From positions 1 through 64,000 of the forward strand of contig JBHGAY010000020.1 of assembly GCA_041946735.1 (NCBI GenBank): 64,000 bases of DNA. Direction: 5' to 3'. Shown piece by piece: positions 29,650 to 38,778 of this stretch. Origin of the DNA: Candidatus Eiseniibacteriota bacterium (GTDB lineage: Bacteria > Eisenbacteria > RBG-16-71-46 > CAIMUX01 > VGJL01). Position 1 is the stretch's first letter; every line of letters starts with the position of its first letter. Under the pieces are notes generated by a model. It worked only from the letters and a program-made list of their open reading frames with translations. It made no database searches and had not been told where the DNA came from. The position numbers and the translations under genes are program-made.

Positions 29650-30854
29650 CGGCCTTCCTCCGTCCGCAAGGTCAACGCCGCCACGCCCGGGAGCGTCTTG
29701 CCCTCCAGGAATTCCAGCGAAGCGCCACCGCCGGTCGACACGTGGCTGACCGAACCGGTCAGACCGGCTTGCGCGACCGCCGCCGCCGAATCGCCGCCGC
29801 CGACGATCGTGGTCGCGCCCTTACGGGTCGCCGACGCGAGGGCACGCGCGATCGCGAGCGTCCCCTCCGCGTAGGGCGCCTTCTCGAAGATCCCCATCGG
29901 GCCGTTCCAGAGGACCGTCCCCGCGTTCTCGATCCACGAGTCGAACGCTTCCACCGTCGCCGGCCCGATATCGACGCCGACCGCGTCCGCCGGGATCTCC
30001 TCGATGAGAACGACCCGGCCGGGATCGGTGCCGTCGGTGGACGCCGCGACGCGGCAGTCGAGCGGCAGGATCAGCTGAAGGCCGGCCTTCTCGGCCCGGT
30101 CGAGGATCCCGCGTGCCATCTCGATCCTGTCCGCTTCGACCAGGGAGCGTCCCACCTCGACGCCCCGCGAATCGAGGAAGGTGAACATCATCGCGCCGCC
30201 GATCAGCAGCGCATCGACCTTCGGCAGCAGGTTCTCGATGACGTCGATCTTCCCGGAGATCTTCGCGCCGCCGAGGACCGCGACGAACGGCCGTTTCGGC
30301 GACTCGACCGCCGCGCCGAGAAACTCGAGCTCCTTCTGCATCAGCTCGCCCGCGACACAGGGCGAGAGATAGTGCGTCACCCCTTCCGTCGAGGCGTGCG
30401 CGCGATGCGCGCTGCCGAAGGCGTCGTCCACGTAGACGTCGCCGAGCGAGGCGAGCCGTCGCGCGAAGTCCGGGTCGTTCTTCTCCTCCTCCGGATGGAA
30501 GCGGAGGTTCTCCAAAAGCAGCACGCCGCCGGGAGCCAGCGACGCTGCCGCCTTTTCGGCCGGCTCGCCGACGCAGTCCTCCGCGAAGGCGACCGGCGAG
30601 CCGAGCAGCTCCGCGAGCCGCGCCGCGACCGGACGAAGGCTGAGAGCCGGATCGGGACCCTTCTTCGGACGTCCGAGGTGCGACATCAGGATCGCGCGGG
30701 CGCCGCCCTGCCGCAGCCGCTGGATCGTCGGGAGACTCGCCCGAATCCTCGTGTCGTCGGCGATCCGTCCATCTTCGATCGGAACGTTGAAGTCGACCCG
30801 CACCAGCACGCGCTTGCCCGAAACGTCAAGATCGTCGACCGTCATCTTGTCCAT
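29646..30854 (-). CDS. pgk: Phosphoglycerate kinase
   Basis: [70 protein letters not shown]. Confidence 0.98.
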   Translation of the reverse strand: MDKMTVDDLDVSGKRVLVRVDFNVPIEDGRIADDTRIRASLPTIQRLRQGGARAILMSHLGRPKKGPDPALSLRPVAARLAELLGSPVAFAEDCVGEPAEKAAASLAPGGVLLLENLRFHPEEEKNDPDFARRLASLGDVYVDDAFGSAHRAHASTEGVTHYLSPCVAGELMQKELEFLGAAVESPKRPFVAVLGGAKISGKIDVIENLLPKVDALLIGGAMMFTFLDSRGVEVGRSLVEADRIEMARGILDRAEKAGLQLILPLDCRVAASTDGTDPGRVVLIEEIPADAVGVDIGPATVEAFDSWIENAGTVLWNGPMGIFEKAPYAEGTLAIARALASATRKGATTIVGGGDSAAAVAQAGLTGSVSHVSTGGGASLEFLEGKTLPGVAALTLRTEEGR

Positions 30855-30909
30855 GCGTGGCCTCCTCGCATCCGGCCGGCGGCGATAGCGACGCCCCGAG
30901 CGGAGCGGC

Positions 30910-32331
30910 TCAGAACGCCCCGGAGAGGTTCGTGTAGATCAGCCGCATCTCCCCGTACCCCAGATCGTCGACGAAGATGAACCGCAGGCCGGTGCGCTGC
31001 ACCGGAGTCTCCTGCTCGGGGAAGAGCGGATCGCCCCGCATCTGGTAGGTCCAGATCTCGTAGGCGGCGTCGTCGCGAAGCGCGCGAGGGGGGGGCTTCC
31101 GGATGACGTCGACTCGATCCGTCGCGACCTCCTGGGGAAGAACCTGAGACAGCAGATCCTCGTACTGGGGGTTCAGCTCCTTGGAAATCTCGTCGGGAGG
31201 GCCGTAGCGGATGTAGACACGGCCCCGGTCCGTCAGCATCCCCTTGCGCATGCTCGTTCCGTAGAAGCGATTCGCGAAGGCGAGGCGCTCCTCGAACTTC
31301 TCGCGCAGCTCGTTGGTCCCGGTCGAAGGATCTGGATCGTGGCGCGCCCACAGATCCCGCAGATAGACCTCGACCTCTCCGCGCGACATCTCCTGCACCT
31401 TCTCGTATTCCGATGGGCCGAGCAGGACGTAGGCCTCCTCGCGTAGATCCTGCTGCGTCCTTTCCCAGGAGTCCGGCGCCCACAGCACCTGGAACTCCGC
31501 GCTCGAGCGGCACGAGCCCTCGCCCCGGACCTCGAGCTCGTAGCTCCCCGCCGGGAGGAAGGAGATGTCCTGCCGCGCGAGCCAGTGCTCCGTGCCCCCA
31601 TCGCCGATCGCGGTCGAGGAGGTGTCGGCTCCGGAGGCGACGACTTGCTTGCCCGGGAGAGCGAGGATTTCGTATCGAAGCGGTTCGGAGCGCCGGCCGT
31701 AGCCCTCGACGTAGAAGAGCATCTCGGTGCGGAAGAGGCCGTATCGCCGCAGCGGATTCGCCTGGATCGACTCGCGGAGCGTCGGCCTCCCGCGCTCGAG
31801 CTGCCAGGCGAAGGCGATGTCGGACACGCCGCAGCCGGACGGGTCGCCGGAGAACCGGCCGGTCAGCTCCGACGCGGGACGGTTCCCCTGGAGCCGATCG
31901 AGAATCCCTCTCTTGCGCCCGTTCAGGTCCTCGACCCGGACCGTGACGCGCTGCGCCTCGATCTGCATGCGGGGGCGAAGGGTCAGAAGGTGGCGCGGCC
32001 GCAGCTCCCCCTCGGCGCCCCGAGCCGGCATCGCCGGGATCGTCAGGCTGTCGACGGCGCGCGCGATCTCGTCGCCATCGGAATCAGCCAGACGGACGTC
32101 GACCAGGATCCGGGAGCGTGAGCCAAGCGAATCGCTCTCGACGACGAGGTCCTCGGGCGGGATGGAGAGGTACAGCTCGGTGATCGGGCCCGATTCCCCC
32201 TGAAAGCGAGCCGCATCGAGCGCGAAGTGGATGTCGCCGTCCGCCTCCAGGGGGAAGGGGAACGCGTCCGGCGGGCCGCCGAAGGGGAGGATGCCGCCGA
32301 GCAGCAGCACGGGCCAAAGCGGAAGGATCAT
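30910..32331 (-). CDS. GWxTD-domain family secreted protein (motif variant GMLTD)
   Basis: Signal peptide; Ig-like [41 protein letters not shown]...[39 protein letters not shown]. Confidence 0.85.
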   Translation of the reverse strand: MILPLWPVLLLGGILPFGGPPDAFPFPLEADGDIHFALDAARFQGESGPITELYLSIPPEDLVVESDSLGSRSRILVDVRLADSDGDEIARAVDSLTIPAMPARGAEGELRPRHLLTLRPRMQIEAQRVTVRVEDLNGRKRGILDRLQGNRPASELTGRFSGDPSGCGVSDIAFAWQLERGRPTLRESIQANPLRRYGLFRTEMLFYVEGYGRRSEPLRYEILALPGKQVVASGADTSSTAIGDGGTEHWLARQDISFLPAGSYELEVRGEGSCRSSAEFQVLWAPDSWERTQQDLREEAYVLLGPSEYEKVQEMSRGEVEVYLRDLWARHDPDPSTGTNELREKFEERLAFANRFYGTSMRKGMLTDRGRVYIRYGPPDEISKELNPQYEDLLSQVLPQEVATDRVDVIRKPPPRALRDDAAYEIWTYQMRGDPLFPEQETPVQRTGLRFIFVDDLGYGEMRLIYTNLSGAF

Positions 32332-32391
32332 CGATGGGAACCATTCGGGCCGCCCGCGCGGGCGGGCGGCCCGAGGGAAGAGCGAATCGGA

Positions 32392-33360
32392 TCAGAAGCG
32401 GAAATCGACCGAAACCCGGTGCACGCCGCCGAGCGTGCTCATATCCATGTAGGAGTAGTCGATCGTCGCCTCGGAGTTCAGGCTCGACGGAATCTTCACA
32501 CCGATTCCGGCCGAGTACTTCTCCAGATCGTACTTGAAGAGATAGCCGGCGCGGACGAAGAAGAACTCCTTGAAGCCGTACTCGATGCCCCAGTTCGCCC
32601 GCTCGTTGTTGTCAGGTGGATGGCTGAACTCGGCGGAACTCAAGAGGCGGTGTGTGGCGTCCTCGTAGAGATTCATCGACATCCCGACACGGAAGACCGC
32701 CGGCATCTTCACGGTGTCTTCGATGAACTTCATGTCGCTTCCCAGGTTCTGGATCGCCATCCCGATCTTCAGCGATCGATATCCGGTGTCGTACAGGGTC
32801 CCGAAGTCGAACGTGTAGGCGGACGACGAATAGGAGGCCAGCGTCGACTGGACATAGTTTGCCGAGATTCCGGTCGAGAACTTATCCGTGAGCGATCGCG
32901 CATAGGTGAGGCCGAACGCCACGTCCCCCGCGTCGAAGCTCTTGCCGGTTCCTTCCGGATGGAACACATCCCGGATCGGCTGGGAGTCCATGTAGAGCGA
33001 TCTCGCGTTCAGCGCGAAGGTCCCGGGAAAGAATCCGACGTGGAAGACGTACGCAGCCTGCGTGAACGAGATGTCCGCCAGCCAGGCGGTGTGGTTGAGG
33101 CTGACGACGTTCTTCTGGACGCGGGCGATCCCTGCCGGGTTCCAGTAGATCGCGGAGGCATCGTCCGCGATCGACACGAAAGCCGAGCCCATCGCGGTCG
33201 CGCGCGCCCCGACGCCGATCTTCAGGAACTGCCCGCCGATCGTCCCGACCTTCTCGAACTCCTGCGCCGCCCCCGCCAGCGAAGGTAGGGCGAGCAGCAG
33301 CAGGACCACAGGGCCGATGCTCCTTCTCACGACTTTCCTTTCCTTCCTCTGCCCGATCAT
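32392..33360 (-). CDS. PorV/PorQ-family outer-membrane beta-barrel
   Basis: KVGTIGGQFLKIGVGARATAMGSAFVSIADDASAIYWNPAGIA; beta strands; C-terminal IDYSY...LGGVHRVSVDFRF. Confidence 0.9.
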   Translation of the reverse strand: MIGQRKERKVVRRSIGPVVLLLLALPSLAGAAQEFEKVGTIGGQFLKIGVGARATAMGSAFVSIADDASAIYWNPAGIARVQKNVVSLNHTAWLADISFTQAAYVFHVGFFPGTFALNARSLYMDSQPIRDVFHPEGTGKSFDAGDVAFGLTYARSLTDKFSTGISANYVQSTLASYSSSAYTFDFGTLYDTGYRSLKIGMAIQNLGSDMKFIEDTVKMPAVFRVGMSMNLYEDATHRLLSSAEFSHPPDNNERANWGIEYGFKEFFFVRAGYLFKYDLEKYSAGIGVKIPSSLNSEATIDYSYMDMSTLGGVHRVSVDFRF

Positions 33361-33369
33361 CGCTCCCCC

Positions 33370-35880
33370 CTACCGGATGATGGCGAAGCGACCGATCTTC
33401 TGGTCGCCGCACCCCTTTGTCCCCGCCTCACAATCCTTGCACTCGACCGAGTAGAGATAGATGCCGCTCACGACGTCCTGGCCGTTGCGCGAGATCAGGT
33501 TCCAGAACGCGGTCCCGTTGTTGTTCCTTCGGCCGTCGTTCGTCAGGGTCTGCACGAGATCCCCGGAAAGCGTGTAGATCTTGATCGTGCAGTCCCCCTT
33601 CGGGAGATTCGCGAAGGCGATCTTCGTGCCGGTCGGATCCTTGTCGGACGGAGTGAGGTCCCATCCCTCCGGCTGGCCGCCCCGGACGTAGGGATTCGGC
33701 ACGACGATGACCTCGGATCCGCCGCCCCCGGCCGTCCAGCGCGGGACGACCGCGTCCCCCTCGCTGGCGGCGGGCCGCCCCGCCAGCTCCTGGTACTTCA
33801 CCTGCACGATCTCGCCCGACGCATCCCGGATGGTGTCCTGCCATGCGCTGTAGGCGGTCACGTCGTAGAAGTAGGTCATCCCGTTCTTCAGGCCCAGCGT
33901 GTCCTCGTACTCGTAGTGCCCGACCGGGTAGTACCAGCGCACCGCCTCGGTGGAATCCTCCGACCCGGTCCGTACCTCGTAGAGCGAGTCCGGTCCTCCC
34001 TCGGCCGGCGTGATCCGGTACTTCAGCAGGTAGCTGTCGCTCTCGCGCCCGAGCTGGTCGAGCGGGTTGAGGCTCAGGTCGGCGATCAGCTGCCACTCGT
34101 CGGGCGCGGGTCCCGTCGATCCGACGGGACGGTTCCACCCCTCGACTCGATAGATCCGGTAGCCGGTGAAGAGGATCTTCCGTTGGATCGGATCGGCGGA
34201 GAGCTCCGACAGGTTGTCCCACTGCAGGACCACCCGGCGATCGCCCGCAGGAGCTTCGACCTTGAGCGAGGGGTCCGATTGCGGATCGATGTTCGTCCCG
34301 GGCGGAGGCGGAGCCACCGTGCCGACCCAATGGATCAGCGTCTCGTACCCCTGCACCGCCGCTTCCTCGTTCGTCTGGTACAGCGGAGTGCAGCAGTTGC
34401 AGTCCTGGTCGACGTAGTTGTCCGGAAGGCAGACGGTGTCCTTGATGATCCGCACCTCGGGGTTCAGGCTGTCGCACGGGTCGCGCCAGTTCAGCTGGAT
34501 CTGGTCGCTTCCCGGCGGGACGAAGAGGCACGTCTCCCTGCCGTCCCGTCCGGTGCGTGTGTTGTTGTCCACGTCGCGCCACGCCCCGTTGAAGATCCGC
34601 TGGGCGTTGACTGCATTGCGCAGCATCCCGGTCTGCCCCTCGCCGATCACGAACGCGGTCTGCAGCAGCAGCTGCTCCCCCGGCCCCAGCTCGGCGAACG
34701 GCCCGGCGCTGAAGAGGTAGCGATAGTCGCTCGCCTGCCCGGTCGGCCGGTTGAGCTTCGAGCCCTTCTGCAGGAGGTCGTAGCGCTCGAAGTCGTTGCG
34801 CGGGTCGCCGGCGGGATACGCGCCGGAGCCGCTGAAGAACGCGGCGGTCACGACGCGGACTTCGGCGGGCGCCCGGACGCCGAACGGATCGGTCGTGTGA
34901 CCGAGGAACATGCCTCCGAAGTACCCGGGGACGTCGCCGCCGTTGGCGTCGGCGCCGTTGTCGGGCACGTCGGACATGTAGCAGATATCGAGATGGATCT
35001 CCTGCTCGTTGCAGGACTTCTCCTCGCCCGACGTCTCCTGGCAGACGTAGCGGTTGGAGACGTCGACGATCGTCGTGTCGCGCGAGTAGAAGGCGCCTCG
35101 GTCGTCCGCGTAGTAGCCCGGCGTGTCCTTCGGACCGGCGTCGGAGTCGACGAAGAATCCGACGTACACCTTCTTCAGGACCTCGAAGCCGTCGTTGATG
35201 ATCTTGAAGTCGAAGCCGACGAACTCGTTCGAGCCCTCGGTCGACCAGGCGAACGATTGCTGGCGCACCCGGAGGTTCAGCGGGCGGTGCTCGGGGTACC
35301 CGTTCCTCGCCTCCTCGGTGTAGTCCCAGTACTCGCAAGCGAACATCTGCTGCGAGATCGCGGAGTAGTCCTCGTCGATCAGACCGTCGCCGTCGTCGTC
35401 CTTGCCGTTGGGGAAGTCCTCGTCGATCACGCCGTCGTTGTCGTCGTCGGGACGCGTGGAGAATCCGGGCCGGTTGCCTCCCTGGATCCCCTCGTAGCTC
35501 TGATAGATCGTGTCGACGGGATCGAGGGACGGACGGAACTCGACATCGTAGGCGCCGGTCGACACGTACGGCAGGTTGTCGGAGGCGATCGCGCCCACCC
35601 AGAGGCTCGCCGCGTAGAGGTACTCCCCGCCCCGCCATCCCGCCCCATAGGAGTCGACGAAGCCGGGGTTCCCGATGATCCCGACGTTGGTGATCATCAG
35701 CTCCAGCAGCCCGACGTTGTGGTAGAAGATGTTGGGCGGCGAGATCGCGTAGAGCGGGGTGATCTCGGGTAGCCCCAGTCGCTGGCCGGGTGGCTCCGCC
35801 GCCCTCGCGCCCGACCAGGCCCCGAGCGACATGCCCGCGAGCAGTCCGAGCACTGCCGCCGCTTGCCCCAACCTTCGCAT
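33370..35880 (-). CDS. Large secreted protein with Asp-rich Ca-binding-like motifs, an FN3-like domain and a T9SS-like C-terminal sorting domain
   Basis: Signal peptide; HNVGLLELMITNVG, EYLYAASLWVGA; DDDNDGVIDEDFPNGKDDDGDGLIDED; AGDRRVVLQWDN...FTGYRIYR...NGMTYFYDVTAY; CTD VIVVPNPY...FANLP...IKIYTLSGDLV...WNLISRNGQDVVSGIYLYSVE...GRFAIIR. Confidence 0.8.
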   Translation of the reverse strand: MRRLGQAAAVLGLLAGMSLGAWSGARAAEPPGQRLGLPEITPLYAISPPNIFYHNVGLLELMITNVGIIGNPGFVDSYGAGWRGGEYLYAASLWVGAIASDNLPYVSTGAYDVEFRPSLDPVDTIYQSYEGIQGGNRPGFSTRPDDDNDGVIDEDFPNGKDDDGDGLIDEDYSAISQQMFACEYWDYTEEARNGYPEHRPLNLRVRQQSFAWSTEGSNEFVGFDFKIINDGFEVLKKVYVGFFVDSDAGPKDTPGYYADDRGAFYSRDTTIVDVSNRYVCQETSGEEKSCNEQEIHLDICYMSDVPDNGADANGGDVPGYFGGMFLGHTTDPFGVRAPAEVRVVTAAFFSGSGAYPAGDPRNDFERYDLLQKGSKLNRPTGQASDYRYLFSAGPFAELGPGEQLLLQTAFVIGEGQTGMLRNAVNAQRIFNGAWRDVDNNTRTGRDGRETCLFVPPGSDQIQLNWRDPCDSLNPEVRIIKDTVCLPDNYVDQDCNCCTPLYQTNEEAAVQGYETLIHWVGTVAPPPPGTNIDPQSDPSLKVEAPAGDRRVVLQWDNLSELSADPIQRKILFTGYRIYRVEGWNRPVGSTGPAPDEWQLIADLSLNPLDQLGRESDSYLLKYRITPAEGGPDSLYEVRTGSEDSTEAVRWYYPVGHYEYEDTLGLKNGMTYFYDVTAYSAWQDTIRDASGEIVQVKYQELAGRPAASEGDAVVPRWTAGGGGSEVIVVPNPYVRGGQPEGWDLTPSDKDPTGTKIAFANLPKGDCTIKIYTLSGDLVQTLTNDGRRNNNGTAFWNLISRNGQDVVSGIYLYSVECKDCEAGTKGCGDQKIGRFAIIR

Positions 35881-35912
35881 GGATCGTCCTCTCCCTTCCA
35901 ACCCCAGGTTCG

Positions 35913-38609
35913 CTAGAAGCTGAACGACACGCCGACGCGGATCGAGCGGGGATCGCCGTACACGCGCGGATCGTTCAAGGGAACGAAGTCCTCCACGCCG
36001 TCACCGTTGACGTCGTCGCCGAGGTAGGCGCCCCCGGCACGTCCGGTCTCGGTGTAGTAGATCACGTAGTCGTTTCCTCGCAGCGAGGGCCCCGCGATGC
36101 CGTTGCCCGGCTCGAGTTCGGTGATGTTCTTCGCGTCCAGGACGTTGTGGCTCTGGAGGAACAGCTTGAAGCGCTGTCCCCACACCTGGTAGTATTTCTC
36201 GGCCTGCACGTCGAGCGACGTCGTGCTTGGCAGCCTCCGGGAGTACTGGTCTTCCGGCTCGATCTGCCTCGTCGTCCGCTCGATCGGCGTGTATGGGAAT
36301 CCGGTCGAGAACTGCCAGACGAATCCCGCTCCCCACTGCCCCGGCTTGGCCAGGTAGAGCTGCGTCGAGATGGTGTGCCTCACGTCCCACGGGAGCGGCT
36401 GCTCGGATACCGGGAGATAGGCGAAGTTCTGCGAGTTGCGGGCGTTGGGGTCGCTGCCCACTCCGGTCGCGACTCCGAACGCGTAGTTCACTTCGGCCTG
36501 GAAGTTGTTGCCGAAGCCGCGCCGCAGCGTCGCCTCGAACCCTCGCGCCGAGGCGTAGTCCTTGTTCACGTAGACGGGAATGTTGCCGACCGAGCCGAGC
36601 ACGGGGTACTCGTCGCTCGTGAGCAGGCCGAAGATGTCCTTGTAGTAGACGCTGAACTGGCCGCTGACCAGCTCGCTGAACAAGTGCTGGATGCCGGCCT
36701 GATACGAAACGGTGGTCTCGTTCGTCAGGTTCGGGTTGCCTCGAGTGCGCCCGTCGAACACGTTGCGATTGTCGAAGATGTAGCGGCGGTCCGGGATCTG
36801 GTAGAAGCGGCCATAGTGGAAGCTGAACACGTCGCGGTCCGAAATCGGGTAGGCGATTCCGACGCGCGGACTAAACTGCTTCTTCACTCGCTCCCGGACC
36901 TCGCTGATCGGAATCTGCTCGCCCACGGAGAAGACGTCGTAGCGAAGTCCGAGGTTCAACACCATTCCCTCGTGCTCCCAGCGGTCCTGGAGGTAGTACG
37001 CGCCTTCCGGATTGTAATAGTGGTACCGGGTGCGGGTCGCGCCGATCTCCCCCAGCGCGTTGGACTGGTAGGGACGGTCGACCTGCATGTACCGCATGTC
37101 GTTGTAGGTCGCCTCGATCCCGGACTGGAACGTGTGGCGCTTGTACTTCTTCGTGAAGTCGACCTTCGAGGTCAGCACCTTCGTGTCGCGGTGGGACCAT
37201 GTCGGATAGTCGCCCCAGATCACGAAGAAGTCGCTCGACTCGTTGTCGAAGTAGTTGTAGTAGAAGTCACGCCCGCTCGTCGCGTCGTACTCCCATGGCT
37301 GCTTCCCCTTCACCCGGGAGTCAGCGATGAAGTGGCTCCTCGAGAGCTTCACCGAGTAGAAGGTCTCGGCATCGATCGTATGCGTCCAGACCAGCTTGTA
37401 CTGGTCGAACCCGTTCTCGTTGTCCGGGGTGTGCTCCGCCGCGTTGTAGTACTGATAGGTCGAGTCGACCTGCGTGGGGGACCACCGCCCGTGACGCAAC
37501 ACGATCTCGCCGGTCTGGATCGTGTCGAGATAGGTCTGCACGAACCCCTCGCGGCTCCAGGAGTGGATGTAGCTGTCCCCCTTCGATCGGTTGTTCACCA
37601 CCTCGGCGGTCAGCTTGTAGGACGGCCCGATGCGGTAGGCCAGCTTGCCCTGGATGCGCAGGTTGTTGCTCTTGCGATCGCCCAGGGAGATGAAGTTCAG
37701 GAGGCGATAGCTGTTCCGGCGTTCCACCGTCTTCGGGTAGTTGTCCTGGTAGGTCCCTTCGGCCGAGACGTAGTAGGTGAGGTCTTTGATCGGCGATGGT
37801 CCGCCGACGCCGACGAAGACGCGATCGAGATTGTCGTACGTGTTGTCGGGCTGCCCGTAATCGTCGGTCAGGTAGTAGATCTCCCCCTCGAAGTTCTGGC
37901 CGCCCTCCTTCGTCTTGTAGTTGACGACGCCGGACTGCGCGTTGCCGTACTGCGCATCGAGCCCGCCCATGATCACGTCCGCGCTCTCGAGCGCGAGCGT
38001 TGACAGCGAGACACCGGTGCCGACGAGCGGGTCGCGGACCGGCACGCCGTCGACCTGGTATTGCACCTCTCCGCCTCGGCCGCCGCGGAAGTGAAGCTCT
38101 CCCCCCTGGGCTACGACGCCGGCCTTCAGACCGATCGCGTCGCTCACCTCGTCGATCGGGAGGTTCTCGAGGTCCTTGGCGTGGATGTCCTGGCGCGTCT
38201 CGGCGCTCTTCTTGTGGATCCTCTCGCGGGCGGCAGTGATCTCGACCAGATCCATCATCCCGACGACGGTCTGCTTCAGCTTGAAGTTCACGGTCGTCGA
38301 GCCGCCACGGTCGACGCGGATGTCGGTGACCGTCTGCGGGTCGTAGCCGATGATCATCGCCTTGACGTTGTAGTTGCCGACGGGAACTCGCTGGATGGAG
38401 TAGACGCCCTGATCGTTTGTCATCCCGCCCCACGCGGTGCCGAGGATGAGCACGTTTGCGTAGGGAAGCGGCTTGCCCGCTTCATCGGTCACCTTGCCGG
38501 TGATCTCGCCCGTGTTGGGGGCCTGCGCCCCGGCGGGGAAGGGGAGAGCCGCGAGGAGAGCGACGCAGAGCAGCATCGCCAGGGCGGGGAGGGACGGAGT
38601 GTGCCTCAT
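35913..38609 (-). CDS. TonB-dependent receptor with an N-terminal carboxypeptidase-regulatory-like domain
   Basis: GEITGKVTDEAGKPLPYANVLI; plug LHFRGGRGGEVQYQVDGVPV, GGLDAQYGNAQSGVVN; FSPRVGIAYPI, FHYGRFYQIP, YYKDI; C-terminal PRSIRVGVSFSF. ATG 38609 follows GAAAGGAG (track start 38762). Confidence 0.93.
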   Translation of the reverse strand: MRHTPSLPALAMLLCVALLAALPFPAGAQAPNTGEITGKVTDEAGKPLPYANVLILGTAWGGMTNDQGVYSIQRVPVGNYNVKAMIIGYDPQTVTDIRVDRGGSTTVNFKLKQTVVGMMDLVEITAARERIHKKSAETRQDIHAKDLENLPIDEVSDAIGLKAGVVAQGGELHFRGGRGGEVQYQVDGVPVRDPLVGTGVSLSTLALESADVIMGGLDAQYGNAQSGVVNYKTKEGGQNFEGEIYYLTDDYGQPDNTYDNLDRVFVGVGGPSPIKDLTYYVSAEGTYQDNYPKTVERRNSYRLLNFISLGDRKSNNLRIQGKLAYRIGPSYKLTAEVVNNRSKGDSYIHSWSREGFVQTYLDTIQTGEIVLRHGRWSPTQVDSTYQYYNAAEHTPDNENGFDQYKLVWTHTIDAETFYSVKLSRSHFIADSRVKGKQPWEYDATSGRDFYYNYFDNESSDFFVIWGDYPTWSHRDTKVLTSKVDFTKKYKRHTFQSGIEATYNDMRYMQVDRPYQSNALGEIGATRTRYHYYNPEGAYYLQDRWEHEGMVLNLGLRYDVFSVGEQIPISEVRERVKKQFSPRVGIAYPISDRDVFSFHYGRFYQIPDRRYIFDNRNVFDGRTRGNPNLTNETTVSYQAGIQHLFSELVSGQFSVYYKDIFGLLTSDEYPVLGSVGNIPVYVNKDYASARGFEATLRRGFGNNFQAEVNYAFGVATGVGSDPNARNSQNFAYLPVSEQPLPWDVRHTISTQLYLAKPGQWGAGFVWQFSTGFPYTPIERTTRQIEPEDQYSRRLPSTTSLDVQAEKYYQVWGQRFKLFLQSHNVLDAKNITELEPGNGIAGPSLRGNDYVIYYTETGRAGGAYLGDDVNGDGVEDFVPLNDPRVYGDPRSIRVGVSFSF

Positions 38610-38677
38610 GGCGCGCGCGCTCCTTTCTGCCGAGGACCCTCGATCACGGCGAGGGAGCTGCCGCCAACCCCGAACCA

Positions 38678-38707
38678 ACTCTAGGCTTGGGAACTGGGAA
38701 TCGTCAA
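38678..38707 (-). promoter_or_regulatory. Putative internal sigma70 promoter for TBDR-cargo-porV
   Basis: TTGACG-N18-TAGAGT about 70 nt upstream of ATG 38609. Confidence 0.55.
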
Positions 38708-38778
38708 CCATCGCTCCCACCTTTTCTTTCGCCATCAGGTCCGCTGTCTGGCCGCATGCCATCGGTCCGCCCTCCCCC

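Noticed and set aside
32392..38609. Somewhat lower GC of the porV-cargo-TBDR genes as evidence of recent horizontal transfer
   Set aside because: Third codon positions remain strongly G/C, as in rpsA and sdhA; the shift is explained by Tyr/Asn/Phe/Lys-rich protein composition.
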